From the NCBI GenBank assembly GCA_964624585.1, contig CAZUXE010000001.1, positions 39,365 through 103,364 on the forward strand: 64,000 nucleotides of DNA, in the 5' to 3' direction. Positions 47,658 to 57,709 of the stretch are shown piece by piece (the stretch's first letter is position 1; the number at the start of each line of letters is the position of its first letter). Source of the stretch: an uncultured bacterium. Lineage in GTDB: Bacteria; Hydrothermota; Tepidihabitantia; B3-TA06. The notes beneath the pieces were generated by a model that was not told the origin of the DNA, made no database searches, and was given only the letters and a program-made list of their open reading frames with translations. A program made the position numbers and the translations under genes.

Positions 47658-48626
47658 GTGGAGAATGATAATAAAACAACCTCGCTTGACGCGATGAGTG
47701 CCGACGAGCTTCGTGATTATACAGAAGACAAGTTAACGGATATTCTATCGGTTCTTTCAGACGTTGCCCTAGGTGACCTTACGGTTGAAGTTCCGGTAGG
47801 AAGTAACGACATCTTCGGTTCGGTGGCTATGGGCGTTAACGTAATGGTCAAGGGATTGCGCGAATTAAAAGAACAGGATGAACAAAAAACCCGGCTTCTG
47901 GAAAAGGTTAATCAGGAGCTTGAGGATTTTGTCTATATTGTCAGTCATGACCTCAAAGCGCCCTTACGGGCCATTACCGGTTTTGCTCAATTCCTCAAAG
48001 AAGATTACGTAGATAAACTTGATGCCGGCGCACAAGATTACATTACAAGAATCGTTAATGGTGCCGCACGGATGCAGCAATTGATTAACGATCTTCTGGA
48101 ACTTTCCCGTATCAGCCGTTACAAAAATCCTTTTACCGAAGTGAACGCAACGGAATTAGTTAAACGCGCTGTTAGCTTCGTCCATCCCCCTGAAAACGTT
48201 AAGGTTACCGTTCAGGAAGATATGCCGCTAATTTACTGCGACGAAGTGCGTTTGGAGCAGGTATTCGCAAACCTTCTAACTAACGCTATGCGATACAACG
48301 ATAAGGACGAGAAAAGAATAGATATATCGCTAAACCCTGCGTCTGATAATGGTTACTACGAATTCTTGGTAAAAGACAACGGTATTGGCATTGACGAAAA
48401 ACACATGGATAGAATATTTAAGATATTCCAACGACTGCATAACAAAGATGAATACGGCGGCGGAACCGGTGTCGGATTAAATCTTGTACAAAAGATTGTT
48501 CAACAACACGGCGGCAAAATATGGGTTGAATCAAAACTTGGTGAAGGGTCAACCTTCCATTTCACAATACTTATACAGCCTTCGGAAAAAGCTGATCAAT
48601 CGGAAGAAGGAATATGGGAAAACTGA
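47658..48626 (+). CDS. Cytoplasmic sensor histidine kinase (HisKA + HATPase_c), orphan
   Basis: H-box VSHDLKAPLRAI. N-box NLLTNAMRYN. G-boxes DNGIGID and GGTGVGLNLV. No TM segments and no adjacent response regulator. Confidence 0.85.
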   Translation: MENDNKTTSLDAMSADELRDYTEDKLTDILSVLSDVALGDLTVEVPVGSNDIFGSVAMGVNVMVKGLRELKEQDEQKTRLLEKVNQELEDFVYIVSHDLKAPLRAITGFAQFLKEDYVDKLDAGAQDYITRIVNGAARMQQLINDLLELSRISRYKNPFTEVNATELVKRAVSFVHPPENVKVTVQEDMPLIYCDEVRLEQVFANLLTNAMRYNDKDEKRIDISLNPASDNGYYEFLVKDNGIGIDEKHMDRIFKIFQRLHNKDEYGGGTGVGLNLVQKIVQQHGGKIWVESKLGEGSTFHFTILIQPSEKADQSEEGIWEN

Positions 48627-48644
48627 CGGACTGGAAGTTGTGTT

Positions 48645-48899
48645 ATGGATAACGCTGTATGTATTTATGAATGCAGTTATGAGGAAGCACTAGTTATTGC
48701 AGGCCTGTTGCAAGCCTCAGAAATTGAAGTTCACCTTCTTGAAGATAAATCTGTGAAGCTGAGACCATTTTCAGAAAAAAAGCCAAGCACGAAAATTTTG
48801 GTTTCCCGCGAAACCGCCGATTTTGCATACCAGATAATTAAAGATGCTTCCCAAAACAAAGAATTCTCAGATTTTGAGCAGAGCGCCGAACTGGAATAG
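48645..48899 (+). CDS. Small hypothetical protein (DUF2007-like putative signal-transducing protein)
   Basis: 84 aa immediately downstream of the kinase. The pattern resembles DUF2007. Weak. Confidence 0.3.
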   Translation: MDNAVCIYECSYEEALVIAGLLQASEIEVHLLEDKSVKLRPFSEKKPSTKILVSRETADFAYQIIKDASQNKEFSDFEQSAELE

Positions 48900-49212
48900 A
48901 CTTTTCCTTTACAAAAATTTAAGATAATTGACCATGAGCTTGAGGATAGAGGCAAATGAAACATTCAGAATGCTCTCTTAATAATTAAGGATAATACTTT
49001 AGGCTAAGATGTCTCTTTTGGGGAAAGCATCAGATATGCTTATCCTCATAGGCTTTAATAACGCTTTACCTGAAGTTATCAGAGGCTACAGATTAAAAAT
49101 ACTTCTGCCTAAAACAACGCTAGCTGTTAATTTTGTAAACCCTTTTTTAGATATTACATATTCTAATTCATTGTCCCAAACAGACCTATATTTAGCGACT
49201 CCATCGCTTTTA

Positions 49213-49773
49213 TCAATATTCCCTTATTACGCCTACCACTTTACCTACTATTTCAAAAGGATCGGTAATTATGGAATAAGCGGTATTTTCCGGCTTAAGG
49301 GCATGGACATCCCTGTGCATAATAAGCCGTTTGACAGTAGCCTCATCCGCCAGTCGAGCAACCACTATATCGCCTATTTTTGGCACCTGCTTAGGATCAA
49401 CTACTACCAGATCATCTTCCATAATACCTACTTCTATCATGGAATCACCCTTTACCCTAAGCATAAACGAACGGCGCCATTTTGAGGCGGTAAACACCTC
49501 TTCTACGTCTTCAACCGCCAAGGTGGGAGTACCTGCCGGAACACGTCCCATTATAGGAATTCCCCATGGTTCAACCTGAATAGCGCGGGCGTGTCCTTCC
49601 TTACGCTTTATAACCCCTTGAGTAGCCAGGTCGTCAAGATGAACTTTTACAGCTTTGGTACTTTTATACCCTAGCCCTGCGGCTATCTCACGAATTGAAG
49701 GCGGATAACCTCGTTCGGAAATAAACTCCCGAACAAAATCATAGATACGCATCTTTGGATTAGGTAGTCTCAC
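49213..49773 (-). CDS. lexA: LexA repressor (S24 peptidase)
   Basis: N-terminal wHTH (IREIAAGLGYKSTKAVKVHLDDLATQGVI). Cleavage-site region and S24 catalytic Ser/Lys (VKGDSMIEVGI ... VKRL). Start set at the GTG (49773), which has an AAGGAG RBS; the longer ORF-track start lies inside the promoter. Confidence 0.85.
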   Translation of the reverse strand: MRLPNPKMRIYDFVREFISERGYPPSIREIAAGLGYKSTKAVKVHLDDLATQGVIKRKEGHARAIQVEPWGIPIMGRVPAGTPTLAVEDVEEVFTASKWRRSFMLRVKGDSMIEVGIMEDDLVVVDPKQVPKIGDIVVARLADEATVKRLIMHRDVHALKPENTAYSIITDPFEIVGKVVGVIREY

Positions 49774-49795
49774 ATCAATCTCCTTTTTGCCTATT

Positions 49796-49824
49796 ATTGT
49801 AAACATTAATACACTGTTTGTCAA
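49796..49824 (-). promoter_or_regulatory. lexA promoter with a candidate palindromic operator in the spacer
   Basis: Minus-strand -35 TTGACA (49824-49819), 17-nt spacer, -10 TACAAT (49801-49796). The spacer reads AACAGTGTATTAATGTT (AACA-N9-TGTT dyad). Confidence 0.5.
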
Positions 49825-50037
49825 GGCCTACTATCGCTGAGCGCAAAATAATCTTGTTATATAAGAAGATTTATATTATAGAAAAACTGATTAAGACCAA
49901 GCTATGCTACAGATTCAGATTACTTTACCGGAAGCCGATGGTAAGCGCCACGCCCAGAATTCCCTTTGATAATTGATAGAGAGCAATGAGTAAGAATACT
50001 CTAGGATTAGGATACAGAAGGGGAAGTCAGACTTATT

Positions 50038-50628
50038 TTATGCTATATCGGCAGATTCCTTAAGTTTCTTCTTAGCCGTCAACCGATACTGCACAAATAT
50101 GCCCAAAAATCCTAAAATCAGCCATCCTACCGCATTTACATAGGGTATAACAGAGGCATCAAATTTCATAACAGTAACCAGAGTAACCACAATTAAATAC
50201 GCACCTATAAACGCTGTGGTTACAATTATCATGAATTTTTGGAACACAAGCGCCAGTACTCCCAGCAACACCGCCAAAACAATAGCTACCCAAAACGGCA
50301 AGACTATTCCTGTAACAGAGCTTATCACAGACCAAACTACAATTCCTAGGTACGCGCCAAGAATAAAGATCCCGATAAAATAAAGATAGAAAGCCAAAAC
50401 AGCAAATATTAAACCGCCTACAATACCTACCAGACCGGATATTAAAGTTAAATTAGTAAATTTATATAGTATACCCGCAGTTAAAACGAATCCGAAAATA
50501 AACCCCACAATGGCCAAAATTACCTTAAATAACCGATAACCGAAGAAACAAAACAACACTCCAAAAATAATAACTATTGCCGCAAGTATAAATGGCAACA
50601 CCCCTGACAAACTTAAAGCTCCAGTCAT
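50038..50628 (-). CDS. Polytopic membrane protein (hypothetical, ~6 TM)
   Basis: Hydrophobic helices throughout. No motif recognised. Confidence 0.45.
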   Translation of the reverse strand: MTGALSLSGVLPFILAAIVIIFGVLFCFFGYRLFKVILAIVGFIFGFVLTAGILYKFTNLTLISGLVGIVGGLIFAVLAFYLYFIGIFILGAYLGIVVWSVISSVTGIVLPFWVAIVLAVLLGVLALVFQKFMIIVTTAFIGAYLIVVTLVTVMKFDASVIPYVNAVGWLILGFLGIFVQYRLTAKKKLKESADIA

Positions 50629-50695
50629 AAAGCCTCCTTAACGTTTAAGAAGATAAGGCTATTTATAAAAATCGGAATGCCTCACCTAAATTTCG

Positions 50696-50938
50696 TTATC
50701 CGAACCAACCCCCGGCAGCCAGTCTTAACATAGCCATCACTATTACTATGGATGAAATGATAAACCCCGCGATACCGGCAGGCGTAGACATTTTTTTCAC
50801 TATAGGAATAAAACCGAACGTAAATCCTAATACACTTAAGATAATTGCCAACCATTCGAGAATACCAAACAGCGGCAGCAATCCCACTACTCCTACCACA
50901 AAAGCAACTATAGAAACACTTAAACTGGCAATGTCCAT
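50696..50938 (-). CDS. Small membrane protein (3 TM), hypothetical
   Basis: 80 aa. RBS aaaggag upstream. Minus-strand promoter TTGACA-16-TAAACT upstream. Chosen over the overlapping 86-aa frame because of the RBS and its hydrophobic periodicity. Confidence 0.4.
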   Translation of the reverse strand: MDIASLSVSIVAFVVGVVGLLPLFGILEWLAIILSVLGFTFGFIPIVKKMSTPAGIAGFIISSIVIVMAMLRLAAGGWFG

Positions 50939-51046
50939 TCATGCTCCTTTATAATTCAATTTAGTTTAATCACAAGTTCATGGCTGTCAACAAGAAAATA
51001 GACTGTTGATAACGCTCCGAAAAATCCCACTACACACATCTAAACC

Positions 51047-51079
51047 GCAAAAAGGGTCGCCTAGGCGACCCTTTTTCAT
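51047..51079 (+). terminator. Orphan bidirectional intrinsic-terminator-like hairpin between divergent promoters
   Basis: aaaaa-gggtcgc-ctag-gcgaccc-ttttt: a perfect 7-bp GC-rich stem with an A-run and a T-run. Confidence 0.5.
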
Positions 51080-51301
51080 ATGGTTTTAGAGGAATTTATA
51101 CCTTCCGTTCAGAACACACCAGCAATTGTCAAAAACAACTGCTCACCATGGGACATAGTAATATGACGACTCGAAAAGCATTTTTGTTACATATCGTAAG
51201 ACTTTTCTTTCCGATAATCCCCTCACCGCATTCCTTGACTTGCCAAATCTAAATGTTATTATGGATATTGCTTATTTTTTGAAAATGAGACAATTATCAT
51301 T

Positions 51302-51967
51302 ATGGAGGATTTTTTGAAACAAATATTTTATCTTACGCTTTTATTAGCTTTGGCTGGATGCGGAACGGTATCTGCAATTCGTCCTCTTAATCCAGGAAAA
51401 AGGGCATTGGCCTTTTCAGTAGGCGGCCCTATAGCTGAGGTACCTAATATTGGTAAACTTCCCCTGCCTTATACTCAGCTAAGGTATAGGTGGGGAATAA
51501 TTAAAGGGATTGAAGCCCACGTAAGCCTTCATCCCACTATGCTTGCCTTCGGCACGCTCGGAGTAGATGCTGGAGCTAGTTTTGAATTGCTTGAGCAAAA
51601 AAATGCGCTACCTTCCGTATGTATCGGACTTAATCCTACACTTTGGGTCAATCCATTTAATGCAGCTGGCGGATTTAAGCCACAGGCAGAAGGCGTGCTT
51701 TCCTGGAGACTTAGTCCTGCTATCCTTAGCTATTGCGGAGCTCAAGCCTTTTTTCAACTCAAAAAACCCTATGTTCCTTTTGCAGTAATGCTTGGAAGTG
51801 AATTCCTTCTTGGGCATTCTTTAGGACTAAGCATTGAAGCCAAATGGTTCGCGCCACTGGAGGACTCTAAACTCAGGGTAATAAATTTCCCAATTTCCCC
51901 AGGCGACAGAGGTGCAATTGGAGCAGTTGTAGGTATAACTTTTTACCCCGGAGGCAAATATGAGTAG
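51302..51967 (+). CDS. Lipoprotein, hypothetical
   Basis: Lipobox LLALAGC. Glycine-rich beta-rich sequence. Promoter TTGACT-16-TATTAT upstream. Confidence 0.4.
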   Translation: MEDFLKQIFYLTLLLALAGCGTVSAIRPLNPGKRALAFSVGGPIAEVPNIGKLPLPYTQLRYRWGIIKGIEAHVSLHPTMLAFGTLGVDAGASFELLEQKNALPSVCIGLNPTLWVNPFNAAGGFKPQAEGVLSWRLSPAILSYCGAQAFFQLKKPYVPFAVMLGSEFLLGHSLGLSIEAKWFAPLEDSKLRVINFPISPGDRGAIGAVVGITFYPGGKYE

Positions 51968-52058
51968 ACGGGGACAATTCCTAGCTTACAGGGAAAACAC
52001 TCTAATGAGCAAGTCTACATCTTTAACTGTTAGGAAGGAGATAGTGTGCAAAAAATCT

Positions 52059-52940
52059 ATGAGAGATAAAAAACTCCTCCTATCCATAACAGCCCTATTG
52101 TTGTTATTAACCGGATGCTTTTCATTAGAACCCTTCTATTTCCGTAACGAAAGCGTAGACAAGTATTTCAAAACTCAGGATATGGCACGTGAAAAACATT
52201 ACCGCGGCATTATACCGCAATCTTTAATAAAAGCCGACAGTTTCGTAGTTGAAGGCGATACCATATTTGCATTCTGGGCAATGCAACCGATAGATACACT
52301 TAAACAACTTGATAAAACCGTAACTATCCTTTATAGCCACGGCAACTTACGCAATATCAACACTTACTGGGACAGGGTTGAATTACTATGGGAACTGGGA
52401 TACAGAGTGTATATATACGATTATCCCGGATTTGGCCGCTCACAGGGTAAACCAAGCTCTGCTGCTTGTTTTAGCAGCGCCAAAGCCGCCTTAAACAGGG
52501 TCTATAGTAATCCAAATGTTGATACGGCAAATGTGGTTTTCTATGGATATTCGCTTGGAACTTACGTAGCAACCTATCTTGCAAGTGAAGTACGTGCGCC
52601 AGTTGTCTTGACATTGGAATCTGCAGCAGCATCAAGCTCAGCCTTTATCGAAGATTCAGGTCTGCTTGACTTACCAGGTGGAGTAATCTCAGATGACGAC
52701 TTTGATAACGAAAAACGAATAGCCCACATCAATTGTCCACTTTTGATGATTCATGGCAAAGCCGACGCTTACGTTGTCTTTAATCACCATGTTCCAAAAC
52801 TTTGGGAACTTGCAAAAGAACCTAAAGACTCGCTTTGGATTGAAAATGCAGGTCATGGTAATATCCCCTATATCGCTGGAAACACTTATACTAAAAAAAT
52901 TGTAAATTTCATAACTGCACACACATCTAAGAAAAAGTAG
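52059..52940 (+). CDS. Alpha/beta-hydrolase-fold lipoprotein (serine hydrolase)
   Basis: Lipoprotein signal (LLLLTGC). Nucleophile elbow GYSLG. HGxxD-type catalytic triad spacing. The start is uncertain (GTG 52044 or ATG 52059); the ORF track begins at 51960. Confidence 0.55.
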   Translation: MRDKKLLLSITALLLLLTGCFSLEPFYFRNESVDKYFKTQDMAREKHYRGIIPQSLIKADSFVVEGDTIFAFWAMQPIDTLKQLDKTVTILYSHGNLRNINTYWDRVELLWELGYRVYIYDYPGFGRSQGKPSSAACFSSAKAALNRVYSNPNVDTANVVFYGYSLGTYVATYLASEVRAPVVLTLESAAASSSAFIEDSGLLDLPGGVISDDDFDNEKRIAHINCPLLMIHGKADAYVVFNHHVPKLWELAKEPKDSLWIENAGHGNIPYIAGNTYTKKIVNFITAHTSKKK

Positions 52941-53059
52941 CTTTTTAGAAACATTTCTAAGCTTTAGCTTGACGTATTTAACGCGATTAATTGGATAAAA
53001 GGTGTTCTAAGCTAGTTAAGAAACGTCGGATATTGAACTATTGGTCTATATACAATTAC

Positions 53060-53095
53060 AAAAAAAAGAGCGAGGCCTATGGTCTCGCTCTTTGA
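53060..53095 (-). terminator. Rho-independent terminator downstream of tRNA-Pro
   Basis: Minus strand: gagcgag-accatagg-cctcgctc followed by TTTTTTTT. Confidence 0.7.
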
Positions 53096-53098
53096 GAA

Positions 53099-53173
<75 letters not shown>

Positions 53174-53417
53174 ATTAATTAGGCTTTAGATTTTTTCAAA
53201 AATCCAAAACCTAGAAAGAATTATAAACCCAAGCTTAGCTTATGTCAAGCTTCTAAACCCTATACCGCAAAAACTATCCCTTCTTACTTGAAGAAAATAG
53301 ACAGAATACAAATAACATAAAGCCTTAACACCATAGTATTTACGTTTTATTACTACTGCCGCCCCCAAGGAGGATAAAAACACTTGACTCTACCTAAATT
53401 CTCGTTATCCTATTAGT

Positions 53418-54362
53418 ATGCCTAAGTTTATTCCTAAAGGTGACAGGAAAGACGAAAAGAAAAGTCAAAAACCTGCGCCTGAAGTTAAGAAAAAAATGCA
53501 ACCTTCAGATGAAGATTTAGCTAAGCTACGTGAGTTAGAAAAGAAATTCGGTAAAACCGGCGGGGCAAAAGAACCCTCAACTGCTTCAAATATTTCTGAA
53601 ACTAAGAAACCCGATTGGAAAAAAGTCGAACGCAAAGATGAAAAGAAAAGCGTTCAATCTTCTGGAGCCACAAAAGACCTTGATTTAATCAATCACGAAG
53701 CTATAAGACGCTCACGAATACCTACTGATGCTGTTTCTAAAGATGATGCCCAATACATCTCTAAAGATAAGCTTGAGCGCCGGAAACGTGAACTTTCCAT
53801 GACAGAGGCGCGACTGAGAAGTCTGGAAAGGGAAGAGCAGGAAATTAACAAACGCCTTGAATACCTGAGACGAGAGCATTCAGCCATGGAGTTGGCTATA
53901 AAGGAGAAGTCTCATCTAGAAAGGGAAATTGCTGAACTAAGGGAAGACAGAAACAGGGTAAAGGCAAAGTTGGACGAATTCAAAAGCATGGCAGGCCAGC
54001 TTGAAGAGAAAACATGGGAAGAGTTAAGAAAATCACCAGCCATCGGCGCCAAGATATCGGCCTTGGAAAGACGTATACATGAACTTGAAGGACAAATTCT
54101 TGAGCTTAACGAACAAAGATTTAAGGGTACTGGCGTTACTGATAAAACTACAGCCGCAACAGTCCAACCGCAACCAAAACCTCAACAGGTACCGGTAGTA
54201 AAATCTGAAACTAAACCTGAACCTCCGCCTGCCCCTACACAAATACCGGCAGAATCTCCACAAAAACCCGCTGAGCCAAAACAACAAAAACCGCCTAAAA
54301 CTCCGGAGAAAAAATCTGCGGTTGCTCAGCAGAAGAAAAAGAAAACCCGATTGGCGTTCTAG
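53418..54362 (+). CDS. Lys/Glu-rich coiled-coil protein with a Pro/Gln-rich C-terminus (hypothetical)
   Basis: Low-complexity charged N-terminus, central heptad-repeat region (…LEREIAELREDRNRVKAKLDEF…) and a PQPKPQQ… tail. Confidence 0.4.
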   Translation: MPKFIPKGDRKDEKKSQKPAPEVKKKMQPSDEDLAKLRELEKKFGKTGGAKEPSTASNISETKKPDWKKVERKDEKKSVQSSGATKDLDLINHEAIRRSRIPTDAVSKDDAQYISKDKLERRKRELSMTEARLRSLEREEQEINKRLEYLRREHSAMELAIKEKSHLEREIAELREDRNRVKAKLDEFKSMAGQLEEKTWEELRKSPAIGAKISALERRIHELEGQILELNEQRFKGTGVTDKTTAATVQPQPKPQQVPVVKSETKPEPPPAPTQIPAESPQKPAEPKQQKPPKTPEKKSAVAQQKKKKTRLAF

Positions 54363-54621
54363 TTTAATCCCGACGACCTTCAACTCTTCCTAACCTACAA
54401 CATCTTCAGAGCAAGCATAGCTTAGAATTGTTATGGATAGCTCGCCTTTTTTCGAAAAATACGATGCTGATACTGTACTGGGATGAAAAGGTAATTCCTT
54501 CAACAACTTAGAGATATAATTAAAACAAAGTAGCTAAAAATTGATTCACCGTATCAACATAATGTAAACAAGTAACTTTGAAAAGACTAATGTATCAGAA
54601 TACAGGGCGTCTAGGCCATCA

Positions 54622-55881
54622 TCATTCGTATCTTATCGCTTGAATAGGGTTAAGTTTGGAGGCCTTTTGCGCTGGATAGATTCCAAAGAATATGCCAACT
54701 GCAGCAGAGAAGGTGAAACCCAAAAGAATAGTCCACCAAGGCGATGCTGCGTTAAGAAACTTTACGAAAACAGAAACCAACTGGGATATTCCTATTCCGG
54801 CAAGAATACCAATCAAACCGCCAAGCATAGCAAGCATCACTGATTCCAAAAGAAACTGCATCATAATATCTTTATCGCGAGCGCCAAGGGCCTTACGAAC
54901 ACCTATCTCACGTGTCCGCTCTGAAACAGATACCAGCATTATATTCATGATACCGATACCGCCAACAAGAAGGGAAATCGCAGCAATACCTACCATAACA
55001 ATCCACATCACAGAGGTTATACCCTTAAGAGCGGTCATAATCATCTGTTGAGTATTCAAGCCAAAATCGTTTTCATCATCATAATGCAAACCACGTCTTA
55101 CTCGCAATAATTCCTCAACATCTTCTAAAGCTCTCTTCATAGGCACGCCCTTCTTGGGCAGCGCCTCTATAGAAAGACCACGCCATATTGAACGCCAACC
55201 GCGAGGAACAGGATTGTATTTAAGATAAGTTGATATCGGTATAATTATAACGTTATCCTGAGTGTTGCCAAACATTGTTCCTTTTTCTTCAAGGACACCG
55301 ACAACTAAATAGCGATGATTCTCAACATCAATAGTTTGGTCAATGGGGTTCTCAGCGCCAAAAAGATTCTCAGCAACATATGAACCAATTACGCAAACCA
55401 TACGACGATGCATACGATCACCTCTGGTAATAAACCTACCCGACTCAACCATTCGATTAGCGGTTAAGTCTCCGCCCTCACTTGTACCAATAAGTTCACA
55501 ATTTTGGGCCTTCTTACCCAAGCGTTTAAGAGTTCCAACACCTTTTTGTATGGAGGGAGCAGCGACTTCAATTGACGGCAAGCTTGCCAAGGCTTCTGCA
55601 TCTTCCACTGAAAAGTTGGGACGTTTACGAATTTCATCAAAGTCTACATTAGAGCGTTGTCCAGGCCCTCCCATCATCCATTCCATTTTCTGAATATAGA
55701 TTGTTGAAGACCCAAGGCTTGAAAATTGTTTAGCTATGGTGCGATTCAAGCCTTCGAGGAGCGAGAGTATAGCTATGACAGTCATAACACCTATAATTAT
55801 TCCTAAAGTAGTAAGAAACGAGCGCGACTTATGGTGCCTGAGAGAGCCAACAGACAAACCAAGCAAAGCCAAGAAACTCAT
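54622..55881 (-). CDS. ABC transporter permease, MacB/FtsX-type
   Basis: N-terminal TM, large periplasmic domain, C-terminal FtsX-like four-helix region. Confidence 0.8.
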   Translation of the reverse strand: MSFLALLGLSVGSLRHHKSRSFLTTLGIIIGVMTVIAILSLLEGLNRTIAKQFSSLGSSTIYIQKMEWMMGGPGQRSNVDFDEIRKRPNFSVEDAEALASLPSIEVAAPSIQKGVGTLKRLGKKAQNCELIGTSEGGDLTANRMVESGRFITRGDRMHRRMVCVIGSYVAENLFGAENPIDQTIDVENHRYLVVGVLEEKGTMFGNTQDNVIIIPISTYLKYNPVPRGWRSIWRGLSIEALPKKGVPMKRALEDVEELLRVRRGLHYDDENDFGLNTQQMIMTALKGITSVMWIVMVGIAAISLLVGGIGIMNIMLVSVSERTREIGVRKALGARDKDIMMQFLLESVMLAMLGGLIGILAGIGISQLVSVFVKFLNAASPWWTILLGFTFSAAVGIFFGIYPAQKASKLNPIQAIRYE

Positions 55882-56594
55882 ACAATCCTCCCATCGCGTA
55901 GGGTTATTACTCTCTTTGCATGTTGGGCCACACTGTCGTCATGAGTTACTACTATTAAAGTGCGTCCCTGTTCATTAAGTTCATCCAGAAGCTGCATAAT
56001 TTCCTCTTCAGTTTTTGAATCGAGATTACCTGTAGGTTCATCTGCAAGGATTATAGCCGGATTATTACTCAAGGCACGGGCTATAGCCACACGTTGTGAT
56101 TCACCACCTGAAAGTTCGTTGGGTTTATGATGCCCACGGTCAGCTAAACCTACCTTACGCAATGTATCTTCAACTATTTGTTCACGCTTCTCAGCGTCCA
56201 TTCCGGAATACTGTAGAGGAAGCTCTACGTTTTGAGCAGCTGTCAATCGTGGCAAAAGATTGAACTGCTGGAAAACAAATCCTACTTCATGGTTACGCAC
56301 ATAAGCCAATTGATCTGAATTATAACGCGATATCTCTTGACCTTTAAGGTGATATTCCCCCTCTGATGGAGTATCAAGACAACCTAGAATGTGCATAAGA
56401 GTGGATTTACCGGAACCTGAGGAACCCATAATTGCTACATAATCGCCTTCGTAGATATCAAGGTCTATATTAACCAAAGCCTTAACAGCAATACGGCCAG
56501 TAGCATAAACTCTGGATATCCCGTGCAAGCTAATTATCGGCTCTAGCCCCCTATTTTCACTTCTACTCTGGCGCCTTGGCCTTTTTTCCGCCAT
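55878..56594 (-). CDS. ABC transporter ATP-binding protein (MacB/LolD-like)
   Basis: Walker [10 protein letters not shown], signature LSGGESQR, Walker [12 protein letters not shown]. Confidence 0.9.
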   Translation of the reverse strand: MAEKRPRRQSRSENRGLEPIISLHGISRVYATGRIAVKALVNIDLDIYEGDYVAIMGSSGSGKSTLMHILGCLDTPSEGEYHLKGQEISRYNSDQLAYVRNHEVGFVFQQFNLLPRLTAAQNVELPLQYSGMDAEKREQIVEDTLRKVGLADRGHHKPNELSGGESQRVAIARALSNNPAIILADEPTGNLDSKTEEEIMQLLDELNEQGRTLIVVTHDDSVAQHAKRVITLRDGRIV

Positions 56595-57709
56595 CCGTCT
56601 TCTCCTTTCAGGGGTTTTACTTCGTCTCCGTCACTAAGTGTTCTTAATATTTTGTAGGGACCGGTCACAATCATGTTGCCTTTCTTTAATCCACTGACTA
56701 TTTCTACAGAACGTCCATCTGAAATACCTGTTTCTACAGCTGTTAATTTCACCGTATTGTCTTTTTTAACTACGAAGACTGTTTCACGGGATTCCTCATC
56801 TTCATTAATTTTCCTGCGCCCAATTGCCTGAAGAGGACATACTACAACATTTTTTCTTTCTGCAGTGATGATATCTGCTGTTACTGACATTCCCGGCCTT
56901 TGGGCTGGATCTGTATCTACAAGATCTATCAATACCTCAAAATCCGTTACGCCTTCAGCAGCTGAGGCCATAGAAGAGTTTGGCATGTAACCTACAGTGC
57001 TTACCTTAGCTTTGAAGAATGTATCCGGCATCGCGTCTAATTTTATTTTTGCACTCTGCCCAACCCTAAGGTTGACCACGTCGGATTCGTCAACATCCAC
57101 ACGCGCCTGCATATCTGAAAGATCAGCTATAGTAATAATTACTGTTCCAGCATTGTTCATAGTTCCCATCATCACTGTTTCACCCTGTTCAACGTTTAAG
57201 CGAACCACCCTACCTGAAATAGGAGCATATATTCTAGTTTTAGAAAGATTGTCTTGACTCTGGTCTAGGTGCGCACGCGCAACCTCGAAAGCCGTGCGTA
57301 AACGTTCAAATTCAGCTGATGAAATAAGGCTATCAACATAAAGAGCCTTTCCCCTGTCGTATGCCAACTTGGCTTGGTCATAATTCGCCTTATTTAAGTC
57401 GCGATTAGAACGGGAGCTTACGTCATCCAAAACGCATAACAACTGTCCCTTTCTTACCCTGTCTCCTTCCTTGACGTATAGCCTGCGAACCTTGGCAACT
57501 ATCTCGGCTGAAATATCAACCTGATTTGTTGCACGAAGCTCACCTGTGGCCGAAACAGTTGAAATTATATCTCTTGATTTAAGCGCGGCAACGTTTACTT
57601 CAGGAGCTTTTTTGCGCGATTTCATCAAATTAGAACAAACCAATAAACCAAGAATAACCACTACTAGTGAAATTAAAATTATATTTCTAATGCGCTTTTT
57701 CTTGTTCAT
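56543..57709 (-). CDS. Efflux periplasmic adaptor subunit (MacA/HlyD family)
   Basis: N-terminal anchor, coiled-coil hairpin, lipoyl/beta-barrel motifs (GELRATNQVDISAEI..., LDDV...). Confidence 0.8.
   Translation of the reverse strand: MNKKKRIRNIILISLVVVILGLLVCSNLMKSRKKAPEVNVAALKSRDIISTVSATGELRATNQVDISAEIVAKVRRLYVKEGDRVRKGQLLCVLDDVSSRSNRDLNKANYDQAKLAYDRGKALYVDSLISSAEFERLRTAFEVARAHLDQSQDNLSKTRIYAPISGRVVRLNVEQGETVMMGTMNNAGTVIITIADLSDMQARVDVDESDVVNLRVGQSAKIKLDAMPDTFFKAKVSTVGYMPNSSMASAAEGVTDFEVLIDLVDTDPAQRPGMSVTADIITAERKNVVVCPLQAIGRRKINEDEESRETVFVVKKDNTVKLTAVETGISDGRSVEIVSGLKKGNMIVTGPYKILRTLSDGDEVKPLKGEDGWRKKGQGARVEVKIGG

Noticed and set aside
49009-49485. 158-aa plus-strand ORF overlapping lexA
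   Set aside because: It overlaps the conserved LexA C-terminal domain on the opposite strand, and has aromatic-rich, low-complexity composition.
50682-50942. 86-aa ORF on the minus strand in an alternative frame overlapping the 80-aa small membrane protein gene
   Set aside because: Cys/Arg/Tyr-rich composition with no RBS. The overlapping hydrophobic 80-aa frame has an RBS and a promoter, so it is preferred.
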